From: the human T2T-CHM13v2.0 reference genome, Homo sapiens
NCBI RefSeq assembly: GCF_009914755.1
Contig: NC_060936.1
DNA: 64,000 nt
Reading direction: 5' to 3' (one strand)
The notes under the pieces were generated by a model. The model was not told where the DNA came from, searched no databases, and saw nothing but the letters and a program-made list of their open reading frames with translations. Made by a program: the position numbers and the translations under genes. Shown one piece after another: positions 1 to 14,150 of the stretch (its first letter is position 1; each line of letters begins with the position of its first letter).

Positions 1-360
1 ACGTATTTGTGGAGGCAAATGCTGGCTGCCTAAAAACACTTTATATTTACTCATGGCCATGAAACTGTCTCTGGCCAATGAAATGTGAGAATTAACTCAC
101 ATACAAACCAGTTCTGGGGCTTGACTCTCTACCCTACTCTTCCCTAACTCTGTACACATTGGATCTCATGGTGAGATTGAGCCTCTGGTCAATGTGGGTC
201 CCTACAGTAAGGATGCTTCCCTCCAAATAACAAAAACCCCAGGTTGGATATGTGGCAGAAACATGAAATAATCTCTTGTGATGTTGTTTATATTTTATGG
301 TGCTGAGATTGTGGAGCTGTTTGTTACAAGGGCATAACCTAGCCCATCCTTACTAATGTA
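1..360 (+). mobile_element. Old MaLR LTR (MLT1H/J/K-like)
   Basis: Typical MLT1 3' end gagattgtggagctgtttgttacaagggcataacctagcccatccttactaat; ggccaatgaaatgtgag near the start. Confidence 0.7.
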
Positions 361-1346
361 GCATATCCACCTACTAGACACTATCTTAGAAGTGACTGAC
401 ACAAAATGTACAAGACAGCCTCTTCCTCTGAGGAAATTAAGGCTGGTGAGAATGACTGATAGAAATTAAATGAGGTGCCTAGATGATTGATGCAGTCAGT
501 GAACAGCATAACTTAACACACTTGCACTCCCTACTCAAAATACATTTCTCTAACTGCACATTTATGTTTCTTTTCCACAGCATTGGGTTGCTGTTGAACA
601 CCTCCCATACAATACATTATAAAACTATTTCATCTTTTTGTATGTTTATGTTGTTTGATCACCGTCATCAACCACAGAAGTTGTTGGAATGAAAATCACT
701 AGAACCCTCTCCAATGTGTCCTTAGCTCCTATCATCCCATAGACTTAGTTTCCTCATCCATGGATATAAATTAGAAAACAGCAAGAAAAATTGTAGCCAG
801 CCGAATGCCCAGCACTTGAAAAATTTACACACAACTTTCTAAAATCAACCTTGACTTGGAAAGATACCCAGGTTCTCTTCACCCTTACTTCTGAAAGTAT
901 CTGAAGGTAATAAGATACCAAAAGTCTACAACCGTCGCAGGAAGTTAGCAAGTTTATAAAAGTTTATATACATGCACATGGCATATGTATTGGCATATGT
1001 GTGTGCATGTGTGTTTGTGTGTGTGTGTTTATATTCTGTGGTACCATTCTTTTTATGTATTTACTTGGCCACGGCTGACCTCTCCCACAGGAGGACCAGC
1101 TACATAGCAGCAGACAGCTTGCACCTTGTTAGCCCCTATACCCCAACTGGGAGAAAGGACACTAAGCTGGCAGCAGTAGGTTTATGATGGGATTAAATGC
1201 ACCAGGTAATTTTTGTTGATATTTTTAAACAAAAATATGTTACTATTGCATTTTTAAGAGAAATTATACTAAAGGAACTGTTTTACCTTAATGTGTTCTG
1301 AGCCTCCTATTTGGGAAATTTTACATCTTTTTAATTTTTCTTTCAC

Positions 1347-1453
1347 CTTTTAGAGATGGAGTCTGTCAGCCAGGCTGGAATGCAGTGGCGTGGCCATGGC
1401 TCACTGCAGCCTCCACCTCCTAGGTCTAAGTGAGCTCCGCACTATGCCTGGCC
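1347..1453 (-). mobile_element. Alu fragment (AluJ/FRAM-like, internally deleted)
   Basis: agagatggagtct...caggctggaatgcagtggc...gctcactgcagcctccacctcc. Confidence 0.8.
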
Positions 1454-2255
1454 AGATTTTATAGCTTTCACACTGAGTTGTCTAAGACAGAGCAAGCCAT
1501 CTGTGCAGGACTGTCTGAGATCAGAAGCACATATCAGGGTGAGCTCCCCTGCATAGTCTTATCTCCTTGTTGTGGCATCCTGGGGCAAGAGAAGGAGAGG
1601 AATTCTGAGAGCACGTTTTACCTCAAACAGTGATAGGATTGCTTGAGAGTGCCTGTCAGGGCCATCAGCAGGATAAACAGTAGCACTGTATTATGAAGTT
1701 TTAACTCAAGTTTAGAATACTATGATGGCATTTCTAGAGCTAATAGCATTGACGTTATCACTGTTGCTTCCCAAATATGCATATTTTGAGAAGTTAATGA
1801 AATATTTCTTATTCTATACCAATTTTTAATGCTAACAAGATTACCAATGTTATTCACAGTTGTTCATATATGAAAGCCGCATTTCTAGATAACTAATAGG
1901 AAAAACTTGTCTATCCAACCCCAAGGCAACAATTACACAAATTAGTTTGCTTTGCTTTTAAGCAACAAGCAGACTATCAAAATATTAATCTGATAAACTA
2001 CAAAGTAAATTAGATTAAGCAAAGTAGCTACTTTGTATTTTTATGTTTTAAATATTGTCATGTGCTTATCAGAGAAGTAATTCCTATATAGTAATTTATT
2101 TCTGCATTTTAATGATGTTAAAATCCTCTTTACACTTATCTTTTAAAAATTTTAATATTTCTTAAATGTATAGAAATAAATTTTAATTTGGCACGCAAAT
2201 TAAAACTGGCATTTATACTCAAAGGAGAAAAGGATGACTCTCTAGAAGAATATAA

Positions 2256-2600
<345 letters not shown>

Positions 2601-3239
2601 TAAGATGGGAGAGTTGACACAGAGTTTATATCTAAACATACATTAAGAAAGCACACATTTGGTCCAATTGTTCCATTATGCAGTGTTTAGCTTTGTGCTC
2701 TCTTGCAATTTTACCATTGATAAAAGCATCCCTAATCATGAGGTTCAGTGTTATTCACCTGGTTCCCCAAATTCTATCCCTTCTTGAATGGCACAGTGGT
2801 GGCCATGCTGATAGTGTATGAAAATAATAGGGCAATTGGAAATGGTTTTGAAATTTCTATCATATAAGCTCATAGTTAAATTTTCTGAGTTCTATTAACT
2901 ATGATCTGGAAAACTATCTTTAATCTCTGGGAAACTTTGGCTATGTTTGAAAGAGATATTTCCAAAATTGGCTTTCTCAGTATGTACAAAATAACTTCTT
3001 AAGCAATGAAATTCACTTTTGTATGTAAGCAGATGTGAGCAATCATAATGGGTGGTTTGAAAAATGTTTTCTATTCGTTTATGAACAGAGAATATCTACC
3101 AGAGTCAGATATTAATGTTAATAATAATAATTATTATTATTAATCTCATTCAGCATATATTTATTGAGGAATCACCTATGCCCCATGGTCTGTAGCTGTG
3201 ACAGTCACTAGTTGCAACTGCCACCCCAGCACATACAAC

Positions 3240-3540
3240 TTCATTCTCTCTCTTTTCCACTAACAAAATCCTCGGTCTGAGGTAGCTATGCAGAATAAAC
3301 ACTGCATTTTCCTGCCTCTCTTGCAGCTAAATATAGTCCCATGATTAAGTTCTTGCAAGTAGGATATGGAAAAATAATGTATCCCTCTTATGGGCCATAG
3401 CTATTTTTTTTTTTTAAAGAACAGAGTCTCTTCTCTATGCCCCTCTTCTCACTCGTTGTCATAGGGTGTGGAGATGCATCATCTTGAAACATTTCGATAA
3501 TAAAAATATCCTAGGGATGGGTAAATGACAAAACAGAAAA
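3240..3540 (+). mobile_element. Degraded MLT1-type LTR fragment
   Basis: actgcattttcctgcctctcttgcagctaaatatagtcccatgattaagttct motif. Confidence 0.5.
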
Positions 3541-4039
3541 TGTCCTCTTATGACCATTTCTTCCTGAATGCCTCATGTTTCCAGATATAAGTACAAACAA
3601 CCATCACTTACACACCAGGTAAAACCAGCATCGTTATCCCTTCGTGAAAGCTATGGAGGCTGGCAATCAAGGGGCTAAAATACACAGACAGTTCCTGGTG
3701 ACATCAGAATGGGAAGTGGGATTTACCAATGGAGATTCCTGGCAGGGCAGTGATGGGGATAGATAATAGAGTGTTAAAAGGAAACAAAGGCACATTTCCT
3801 GTGAGAACCCGTATTTCATTCTAGCTGGCAGCGAATTTAATGGTAGGAGATGGTGAGATAATCTGTCAGTGTTGAAGAGGACTTTAAACTCCTGAGTAGC
3901 AAGTAAAAATCTCAGATTCAAGCAACATTGCTGGTCATAAAGCATTTTCCCTCCGCTCATTCTTCCCCACAATCCCTCCTGCACAGGTAGGCAGTGCTAT
4001 TGCTTACCCCTTGCAACTGGAGAAATAACACACAGATGA

Positions 4040-4427
4040 TATATTAGCCTGTTTTTGCACTGCTATAAATAACTACCTGAGACTGGGTAATTTATAAAGG
4101 AAAGAGGCTTAGTTGGCTCATTATTCCACAGGCTGTACAGAAAGCATGGCTGGGAAACCTCAGGAAACTTTCAATGATGGCGGAAGGTGAAGGGGAAGCA
4201 GGCACATCTTACATGGCTGGAGCAGGAGGAAGAGAGAGAGAGGGTGGGGGAAAGTGCTACACACTTTTAAACAACCAGATCTCGTGAGAAATCTATCATA
4301 AGAACAGCAATAAGGGGGAATATCTACCCCTATGATGCCATCACCTCCCACCAGGCCCCTCCTCCATCACTGGGGACTACAGTTCAACGTGAGATTTGGT
4401 CAGGGACACAAGCCCAAACCACATAGG
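4040..4427 (-). mobile_element. MST (MSTA/B) MaLR solo LTR
   Basis: tattagcctgtttttgcactgctataaataactacctgagactgggtaatttataaagg...gagatttggtcagggacacaagcccaaacc. Confidence 0.9.
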
Positions 4428-5112
4428 AAGGCTTCAACTTTCCTTATCATGAAGCACTTGCTTTATTTGTAGTTAAGGACTGTATCTCCGTCGACGTGCA
4501 TTTGGTCCCAATCCAGCTGTGGCATAGTCCAACTTTTCTTCAATGTGACAGCTGAGAAAAAAAAATGCATTTCCCTTCAACAAGCTATAGAGAAGCTGAG
4601 AAAAACACTCACTGACCCTGCCTCACCTTGGAAGCCAGGTTGCTTGGTTAGACTTTATGTCTGCCATGAGTTGAGTTACCTTTTGTAATTTTTTTAAGTG
4701 AACGAGGAAGAGTTCTAGCATGGCAGGATTGGCAGAAGCTCACGCTGTTGGTTCTCAATGTACACACAGTGAGCCGAACAGGAGAAAAACCCTCATGTTG
4801 ACTGCCCAGAACTCTCTAAACCTTCCCTGACAGCTGTTGATGCAGGTTAAAACGTGGCATTCTGGGAAGCGGAAGAGACAGCATACAGACGCGATTTCTG
4901 ATAAAGTTTGGTCATTAAAATTGAGAATTTTGTACCTTTTTATTATTCAAGAAGATGGTTCCATTGATCTTTCATAAAATGAACTCAGCAAACATCAATA
5001 GCTCAGTAATCAATGTCTGGCTATTGGGCCAGGTAAAGAACTAAATTAATAAATACAAGATTGAAGACAAAGAACACTGCTAATTTTCTGAAGACCGGCT
5101 TCTGACTTTATA

Positions 5113-5355
5113 CCATGTGAACGGGCAAGTTCCACCTGTCCTCACAGGCAGTACAGGATTTCCTTGTAGCTATAGAGGAAGGGAGGTGTTTTTGTTGACA
5201 TTTAAATCACATTTAAAGCTGTTGCTTTAATTAGGGCTTTTGTCTTAATCCCATTATGCTGAAAACCTCGTGGGGCACAGGCATCATTAGGGATGTTTAG
5301 TGGTAGATGGAACACAGGTTTTGGTTTATGTATGGACTTGGGTTCACGCTCTGCT
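5113..5355. repeat. Copy 1 of ~245-bp local duplication (partner 6809-7049)
   Basis: Direct alignment at offset 1696; ~80% identical flanks; 49/49 identical core at 5216-5264. Confidence 0.95.
5216..5264. promoter_or_regulatory. Candidate homeodomain-site enhancer core (TTAATTAG plus TTAATCCC)
   Basis: Motifs visible in sequence and invariant between the two copies; function is inference. Confidence 0.4.
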
Positions 5356-5485
5356 TTATCCTAAACAATAATAATTCTTAACCAACTATTATCAACCTGA
5401 AATTACATATATATATACATATATATGCACAACTGGGACCATACAAACCCAAATTAGAGATAATTAAGCCATGAGTAATAATACT

Positions 5486-5742
<257 letters not shown>

Positions 5743-6069
5743 TTTTGAGTACAATTTTCAAATATTTCTATGTTTAGTACCTTGCATGGAATCCTCTGGG
5801 ATTCAGATTTTTCAAAATTAGAATATGAAGCAGCTAATTTCAAAGTTCATTCTGAGAGAATTTTACCAGTTGGTTACAGAAAGTCCATTTTGAGCAGTAT
5901 GATAAAGGCATACTTCTAAATACATTTTAGATAAATTGAGAGCATTTTGACCCTTGACTGATTATTTTACTTGCATGGTAGTTCCATAATAAAAGAACGC
6001 TCTGTGTGGAAGTGCAGAAAATAGAGATGAGGATATTTTAAGAATCTTCTAGTCTCTTTTGTGCCCATC

Positions 6070-6638
6070 TGTATTAGTAAGGAGAAACAGAACCAATAGG
6101 GTAGATACATAGACAGATATAGAAAGATATATGAGGAGACATATTAAGGAAATTGACTTACATGATTATGGAGGCTGAGAAGTCCCATGGCAGGACACTT
6201 GTAAGCTGGAGACCCTGGGATGATAGTAGCGTGGCTCAGTCCAAGTTCTAAAGAATCAGAACCAGGGAAGCTGATGGTGTAATTCTCAATGTGAGTCCGA
6301 AGGCCTGAGAACCTGGGTGGGGCTGCTTGTGTAAGTCTCAGAGTCTCAAGGCCAGGGAGAATGGAATTCTAATGTCCAAAGTTCAGGAGATGAAGAGTGT
6401 CCCAGCTCCAGGAGAGAACAAAAGGAAACCCTTTTCTCTCTATTTTTGTTTTATCCTAGTCCACAGCTGCTTGAATGATGCTCTCCCACATTGAGGGTGG
6501 GTCTTCCCCACATGATCCACTGACTCACACACCAGTCTCCTCTGGAAACACCCTCACGACCCACTGATCAGTGATACTTTACCAGTTCTCTCTATATTCC
6601 TTAATCCAGTCATGTTAACTATTAAAATTAACCCTCAC
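6070..6638 (-). mobile_element. MLT2 (ERVL) solo LTR
   Basis: tgtattag...gagaaacagaaccaatagg...atgattatggaggctgagaagtccca...ctggaaacaccctcac...aaaattaaccctcac. Confidence 0.9.
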
Positions 6639-6808
6639 TCGCCCCTCCACCATGTTTTTATAAAGGATTAGAGAGGAATGTTGGACCACATACAAAATGA
6701 AGATTGACTCCTTGGGACTCTATTGGTTTATCTCTATATTCAGGGAAGGCTGACTTTCTCCAAGCTGAAACTTCTGCAGAGACTTAATGGATTTTTGCTG
6801 AACCTGGA

Positions 6809-7049
6809 CAATGTGAACAGGAAAGATTCATCTGTGCTCACAGGTAGTAAAAGATTTACTTGTATCTATAGAGGGAGGGAGTCATTTCTGTTGACATTTG
6901 AGTCACATTTCAAGCTGTTGCTTTAATTAGGGCTTTTGTCTTAATCCCATTATGCTGAAAGTCTTGTGGGGCACAGGTGTCACTTGGGATGTTTAGTGTA
7001 GATGGAACACAGATCTTCATTTATTTATTACTTGGGTTCAAGCTCTGCT
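6809..7049. repeat. Copy 2 of ~245-bp local duplication (partner 5113-5355)
   Basis: Core 6912-6960 identical to 5216-5264. Confidence 0.95.
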
Positions 7050-7125
7050 GCTTGTTAAATTTGTGGTTTTGGGCAAATAGCTTAAACTTATTGAACCTCA
7101 CATTGTTTGACTGTTGAAATGAAGC
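7030..7125 (+). mobile_element. MIR fragment
   Basis: cttgggttcaagctctgctgctt...ttgggcaaatagcttaaacttattgaacctca. Confidence 0.55.
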
Positions 7126-7359
7126 CCTTACATCATTCAACTTCTATGATACCTAAGCAATAAAACAGGACAGTTGGCATAATTATTATTTACTCCACCT
7201 TTTCCTTTTAGGTGCTGCGTCTACCAACTCCATGTGATTCTGGTGAAGTGGTGAAATGTGTGGCTCCCTTAGTTAGTAAAAACCACGTAGCTCTTACTTC
7301 TTCCAGGGATTGTTCTAAATTCTTTTAAAATATTAATTTATTTAACACAACAAGCTTAT

Positions 7360-7516
7360 GTGGTGATTTCCATTGTTTACCTCATTTAACAGGTGAGAAA
7401 ATAGAGGCATGGGTAAATGTAGTGTCTTAATGAAAATTATACAGCTAGTAAGTGACAGAGCTGGAATTTACATACAGATTGTTAGACTCAAGGGTCTCTG
7501 GTTTTAAATCCTACAG
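7360..7516 (-). mobile_element. MIR
   Basis: aacaggtgagaaaatagaggca...acagctagtaagtgacagagctggaattt. Confidence 0.75.
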
Positions 7517-8129
7517 TGTGATGAACATGTGACTGAGACTGGCCCATTGGATGACTCCACTTTCTCGAATCAGTGAGTGGTTCAGGGTTGTCATGTGGAT
7601 TCTTACACGGTGAACCCAGTTTATGGCAATTATTGATCTGAATCCTGGGAGAGAGAATTTTACTTTCCTTTTTTGTAAGATTGCTTGTTATGAAGATGAT
7701 GTTTTTTAAAGTGGTTCACCTTGGAGTGTTAGTTGCTAGTTTGCTTCATGATAACTGCTAAAAAACTTGACGAAGCCATGTTTGAGCCAGTCTGCCTGGA
7801 ACTTTCCAATACACGAGGCACTAAATTACCTTTTATACCTAAGCTGATCTGATGTGTTATTGGAAGAGACCTGACAAACAGATATCATAAAGCCACTGGT
7901 ATTGTCTGCAGCAATGTTAAATAGACTCAATATACATCTATACACCCATATATGCCCTCATATATGCACTAAATACACCTTGACTTTAGGAGTTGGAGAC
8001 TAAATTGATTTAAACTAAGAAGAAGTCAAATAAAATGCCTTAGATAATCTATAAATTACAAATAAAATAAATATAAAATATCTAATAAGCTAACAGTTCG
8101 AGCATTCTGCAATTAAGGAAACTGCCTAG

Positions 8130-8895
8130 TTCACTTTGTTCTTTTGTTCTGTTTTGAATTTCATTAATTTGCGTCTCCATCTTTATTATTGTGTTTTTTC
8201 TCCTAGATATGTGTTTAGCTTGTTCTTACTTTTCTGGTTTCTTTTGGGAAAAAGTTACATTATGGATTTGAACATTGTTTCTTTTCTAATGTGTACATTT
8301 AATGATATAAAATTCTATCAAGGTGTTATCCCTTTCCTACGAATTTTGATATGTTGTCTTTTAATTTTAATTTAAGTAAAATATTTTTAGATGTGTCATT
8401 AGACTTCTTTTATAATCCATGGGTTATTTAGAAGTGTGTTGTTTACTTTTCAAAGACTTGGTGATTTTCCAAAAATTGTGTTACCGATTTTAATTTGCTT
8501 ATTTAATAATAAGAAATTATACCTTATATCATCTAAATTATTTTAGTTTTTTAAGGTTTGTTTTATATCCTAGAATATAGTCTACATTGATAAATGTCCT
8601 ATGTGTGCCTAGAAATAATGTATATTCTGCTGATAGGGGATATGTTCTATAAATCTCATATAGATCAGGTTGGGTTATGTTTTTCTGGATTTCTTTATAC
8701 TTGCTGATTTCCTGTCTAATATAGTAATTACTTGTCACTTTTTTAGTGAGGTGTTGAAGCTTCTAAGTTCATTTATGAATTTCTCCATTTTTGTTTCCTG
8801 TGCACACAATTTTTGCTTTATATATTTTACAGCTATATTGTGAGTGAATACATCTCAGGATTGTGATGTTTTCTTGAGGAATTTATCCTTTTATC
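8130..8895 (-). mobile_element. Old L1M fragment (ORF2 endonuclease region)
   Basis: atccatgggttatttagaagtgtgttgttta...aatgtatattctgctg; minus-strand ORF 8538-8738 resembles L1 EN (EYTLFLGTHRTFINVDYILGYKTNLKK). Confidence 0.85.
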
Positions 8896-10440
8896 AAGAC
8901 CAGTCAGTGGAGAAAATAATTTTATTTTTCAAAATATGGTGTCACATAAATAAATATCCAAATACAGAAGAATGAAATTGGACCTTACATTACAACCCAT
9001 GCAAAAATTAACTCAAAATGGATGAAAGTCCTAAATGTTAAGACATAAATTTTCTTTTTTTTTTTTTTTGAGATGAAGTTCTGCTCTTGTTGCCCAGGCT
9101 GTAGTGCAATGGCACAATCTTGGCTCACCTCAACCTCTGCCTCCCGGGTTCAAGCGATTCTCCTGTCTCAGCCTCCTGAGTAGCTGTGATTACAGGAATG
9201 CACCACCACACCCAGCTAATTTTGTATTTCTAGTAGAGACAGGGTATCTCCATATTGGTCAGGCTGGTCTCGAACTCACGACCTCAGGTGATCTGTCCGC
9301 TTCTGCTTCCCAAAGTGCTGGGAATACAGGCGTGATCCACCACACCCGGCCAAGACATAAAATTTCTACAAGGCAATATGGTCATAAATCTTCTTGGTGT
9401 TGGATTAGTTGATAGTTTCTTAGTTATGCTATCAAAAGTACAAGCAAAAAAGAAAAAAAAAGATAAATTAGACCTCAAAAAATTTTTAAATAGTGCATCA
9501 AAGGACACTATCCAGAAACTAAAAAGAAAACTCATAGAATTGGAGAAATATTTGCAAATGATTTGGCTCGTAAGATTCTAGTATTCAGAATATATAAAGG
9601 ATTCTGACAACTGAAGAAAACAAAGAAAATGACCCATTTACAAAATAGGCAAATCCTTTGAATAGACATTTCTCTAAGGAAGCTATTCGAATAGTCAATG
9701 AGCACATGGAAAGATGATCAACAACATTAGTCATTAGGGAAATGCAAACCAAAACCACAATAAGATACCATTTCCCATTCATTAAGATGGTTATAATTAA
9801 AAAGATGGAAATTAACAAGTGTTGGTGAGAATGTGGAAAAACTGACGATGGAAATACAAAATGCTACAGCCACTTCAGAAAAAAACGGAAGATTCTCAAC
9901 AAGTTAAACATGGAGTTACCATGTGACTCAAAAATCTTTAGGTATTTACCAAGATGATTGAAAATATATGTTTAAAAAATACTGTTACACAAATGTCCAT
10001 GGTAGCATTACTCATATTGTCCAAATATTGGAAACAATCCAAATATGCATCAACTTACAGAGAACAAAATGGTTATATGTCCATATAATAGAACCTGATT
10101 CAACCATAAAAATTAATAACATTGATGAAACTTGAAAACCTTATGTTAAGCAAAAGATGCTGGTAACAAAAGTGATTCAATTTATATGAAATTTTCAGAA
10201 TATGCAAATTCATAGGTATAGAAAGCAGATTAGTGGGTACCAGCAGTGGTGAGGAGGAGGGAGAGAGGCTGTTAATGGGTACAGGGTTTCTTTTGAAGGT
10301 GATGAAATGTTCTGGAATTAAATAGCGGTGATGGTTATATAAACCTACGACTATAATTTAAAAAGTGTATTGTGTGCTTTAAATAGTGAATTTCACGATA
10401 TGTGGATTTTATCTCAAATTTAAAAAGAAAAAAAATAAAC
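8896..10440 (+). mobile_element. L1MB-type 3' end (ORF2 C-terminus plus 3'UTR), interrupted by an Alu
   Basis: aaaaattaactcaaaatggat...atcaacaacattagtcattagggaaatgcaaaccaaaaccacaat...tatctcaaatttaaaaag A-tail. Confidence 0.9.
9056..9351 (-). mobile_element. AluS (Sq-like) with 16-bp TSD
   Basis: TSD aagacataaa(t/a)tttct at 9040-9055 and 9352-9367. Confidence 0.95.
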
Positions 10441-11378
10441 CACCCTTTATTGGCTTCTCTTTCTTTTCTGTCTCACTGGTCTCCACCAATATTTCTGGGA
10501 CACACTTTCTGCATAAAGAACTTGTATTTGAATTCTGGTCTCAGATTTTTATTTTGAAGAATGCAAATTAAGGAAAAACCCATCTCACTCCAAGCTTAAG
10601 GTAAAAGTAAAGTGCCCCCCTTGCTAGCTCAGGGAGGAATGGGGGTTATAACATTTCGACATCTTTCTCCAAAGAAATCCCCACGCACTGCTTAGCCTCT
10701 TGGAATGTCACTCTTCTTGTGGCCTCCATATTTGTAGTCACCATCTTTACAATGTTAGTTTAGCTTAGCACTTCACATTGAAAAATGAGGGTTCTTAACC
10801 TCAATATTGCTTTGTTGAACCATAAACTTGGCCCCTTATTATATTTTATTATAAATGCAAGAATAATGTAGCAACTCCCGTGTATGCCGGAGTGACTTCA
10901 GGAATAAAATCTTACAAATACAGTCGAAGCCTCTGGGATACTTTTGTCTCCCTCTCGCTTTAAGATACTCACCATCCTGAGTTTGGTGCTAATCATGTTT
11001 AGTAGCCCTTTTAACTTTGGGGTTTGGCATGTTTACATTCACAATTTGAAATACAGTATTCATAAAGTGGAGATTTCAAATTTTGCCTTTCAATTACCAT
11101 ATCGCATGCATTTTAATGTTTCAGAAAGACACAATCTATTTCATTACAACTTACTTTATTTCACCTAACAAATCCTCACTCATAGTCTGTGCTGACAAAT
11201 TCGAGACATCATAAATCGTTGATCAATATTTAGTTATAAATTCACTCCAGCTTTGGAAACAGGCCCAGGAGCCAATTTTGTATCTCTTCTTGTAAATCAT
11301 CCATAATTCATAATGACTCTCTCCTTCAAATGTGACAGGTATTTGATTTTGTAAAATGGCAGTTTGTTGACCACACAA

Positions 11379-11382
<4 letters not shown>

Positions 11383-11422
<40 letters not shown>
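11383..11422. repeat. (AC)n microsatellite, about 20 units
   Basis: Pure AC run. Confidence 0.98.
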
Positions 11423-11424
<2 letters not shown>

Positions 11425-12561
11425 TCCTCTAAAAACAGGTGTTCTCCAAAGGCAAGCATTGTCAGAAACTCCTTAAAGGTATTTTAGGGAAAAGAAAAGC
11501 AGCGTTTACAGAAACAACAATATGGGTTTGAGTAACAGGAGAATTCCCATTGCTTATTTCAGCAAAAAGATGTTAGCTTACATTTTATGATTGTTGGTGG
11601 TATGTGACCTAGAATAACTTTTCTTGTCAAAAATTAAAATTTACTTCAGATGTTTGGCTTGGTAAATTGAAAGCTCTGGGAATTTTGGGTACCATAAATT
11701 TCTGGTGCGGGTTTGGAATAAATAGGGATATGTAGACATCAGTCCTTTCTTTACAACACAAGAGGTTATTAATTGAGCACTGCATGGTGTGTAGAGAATT
11801 TGGGGATGTGCTCAATGGTGAGGAAGGCCATATATGCCACCCCAGGTGGAGCTTGTAACTTCTTCCAAGGGATGTGAAAATATCTTCAAAAATATTTGAC
11901 AGTCTTGTGAACTCAAAGGAAAACAAGTTATTTAAGCCTCAGAGACGACGATAAGTTCTTCCTTGTTAAAAGAGTGACACTAAAGCCTACGCTTCTCTTT
12001 AGAAGATGGAATGTTGACAGCTAGGATATTTTCTGTGGAGAAACATTGTTATTCAGTAACTTAAAACTCCATAGTACTAGGCAGAAAATAGTTTAGAGTG
12101 GCAATATCTGAATCAAACAGCACTGCACTTTTAAAATCCTTTTTCATGTTCAGAAGCCACTAGATAAATTCCCAATTAATTCTTCAGGCCTTGGAAACAA
12201 TATCCTTATTGAAAACAAACAACGGTATTACCATCACTCAGCAGGCAATTTTCCAAACTGCTCATTCTCAACCAGGCTAAATGTTTACTTTCAAAAGCTG
12301 TAGTGTTCAATAGTCTACTCATTTGAAATGGGCAGCATTTCCAAGACAGAAAAGGGTTTGTTCCTAATGAAAATTGAGTTCATAAAATATATTAGTTTCT
12401 GAGTGAGTACTGTTACAGGGATTAATGAGTAAATACGGTACGGGGACCAGTGGACTCTGAGAAGGGCCGCCTGAGTCTTTGGACCAGTGTTCACAGGTAT
12501 CTCTGAGTTTAACAACCCTAAGGACTGTGCAGCTGTGCTTAATTACCCCCTTGGAGTGGGG

Positions 12562-12919
12562 TGTATTAGTCTATTCTCATGCTGCTATGAAGAAATACCC
12601 AAGACTGGGTAATTTATAATGAAAAGAGGTTTAATTGACTCACAGTTCTGCATGATTGGGGAGGCCTCAGGGAACTTATAATTTCAAGGAAGAAGGCACC
12701 TCTTCACAGAGCAGCAGGAGAGAGTATGAGTGCCCAGTGAAGGAGGAAGTCCCTTAAAAAACCATCAGATCTGGTGAGAACTCACTCACTATCATGAGAA
12801 CAGCATGGCGGAAACCACCCCAAGATTCACTTATCTCCATCTGGTCTCCCCCTTGACAAGTGGAGATTATTACAATTCAAGGTGAGATTTGGGTGTGGAC
12901 ACAGGGCCGAACCATATCA
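12562..12919 (-). mobile_element. THE1 (C/D-like) solo LTR with 5-bp TSD tgggg
   Basis: tgtattagtc...aaccatatca; tgggg at 12557-12561 and 12920-12924. Confidence 0.95.
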
Positions 12920-13119
12920 TGGGGTGTCTTCCATTCATTGCTGTGGGATTGAGAAGCAGAATTCTGTCCAATCTGCTGTTGAGTGGCCAAGGTGCTTTGG
13001 GCTTACCAGTGCAGAAAGAGAGGGCACCTGCCTTCCCAATCCACTGCCCTGAGAGATGGATCTGCAGGATTTTAGCTGGCCCCTGAAGTCAGCACCGCCT
13101 CAGGAAACAGAAGGAAGCA

Positions 13120-13846
13120 GTTCTGTAGAATAGAAGCCCACTGTGGATCTCACGGTGCCGAAATCAAAGAGTCGTCAGGGTTGTACTCTTTCTTGGAGGC
13201 TCCAGGGCGGACGCGTTTTCCTTTCCTTTTTCAGCTTCCAGAGGTACATGCATTCCCTAGCTGATTGCCCTCTTCTTTCTTCTAAGGGAACAGTGCTGCA
13301 TCTCCTTGTATCTTACGTCTATAGTCACGGCTTTGTCTATGTTGTAGAAAGTTTCTCCAGTTTTAGGGATATATATGATTAGATTTGTCCTGCCCAGATA
13401 ATCAGGGATAACCTCTCAATTTGAAGTTTTTCGTTTGTTTATTTTTGGAGACAGAGTCTTGCTCTGTCACCCAGGCTGACGTGCAGTGGCATGATCTGGG
13501 CTCACTGCAACCTCCACCTCCTGGGGTTCAAGCAATTCTCCTCCCTCAGCCTCCAGAGTAGCTGGGATTACAGTGCCCACTCCCATGCCTGGCTAATTTT
13601 TGGTACTTTTTTTTTTTAGTAGAGATAGGGTTTCACCATGTTGGCCAGGGTGGTCTCAAACTCCTGACCTCAAATGATCCACCCTCCTTGGCCTCTCAAA
13701 GTGCTGGGATTACAGATGTGAGGAACTTTCTTAACTTTAGTCACATAGACAGATCCCTTTTACCATGTAAGGTAACGTGCAACAGGTTCCAGAGATGAAG
13801 ATGTGGACATCTTTGAGGAGGAGACGGGACCATTCCACCTATGACA
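13120..13846 (-). mobile_element. MLT1C/D-like LTR interrupted by an Alu
   Basis: aaatcaaagagtcgtcagggttgtactctttcttggaggctcc...ttttaccatgtaaggtaac...gatgtggacatctttg. Confidence 0.8.
13428..13722 (-). mobile_element. AluS (Sx/Sz-like)
   Basis: Both arms; slightly 5'-truncated. Confidence 0.93.
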
Positions 13847-13899
13847 AGCAGCCAACACTTTCGAGGTAACTCTCAACGAAGAGGAAATGCAATTCCATG

Positions 13900-14150
13900 G
13901 ACCAACGTCCCAGACGTCTATCCTTAAGGGGAGAATGTCTGAGGAGTGCTCCATGCAACTCCTCTGAAGCTCCGCATCATGACTGAGACCAGCATTTGCT
14001 CACCACGGTAAACAGTGCACATCCCTCTTGGCTTCCCCCTTCCTGACCTCTCTCCTGATTCCATTCTCTGGGGTCAGCTCCCAATTAAACTGTATAACCC
14101 CAAGTAATTGTCTCAGGCTCTGCTTTTGAGGGAACTCCAACTAAGCCAGC
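13900..14150 (+). mobile_element. LTR16-like ERVL LTR 3' part
   Basis: ctcccaattaaac...tgtctcaggctctgcttttgagggaactccaactaag. Confidence 0.6.

Noticed and set aside
8130-10440. Adjacent minus and plus L1 pieces as one twin-primed L1
   Set aside because: The pieces map roughly 2 kb apart in L1 by my estimate and no shared TSD was found; independent fragments are equally likely
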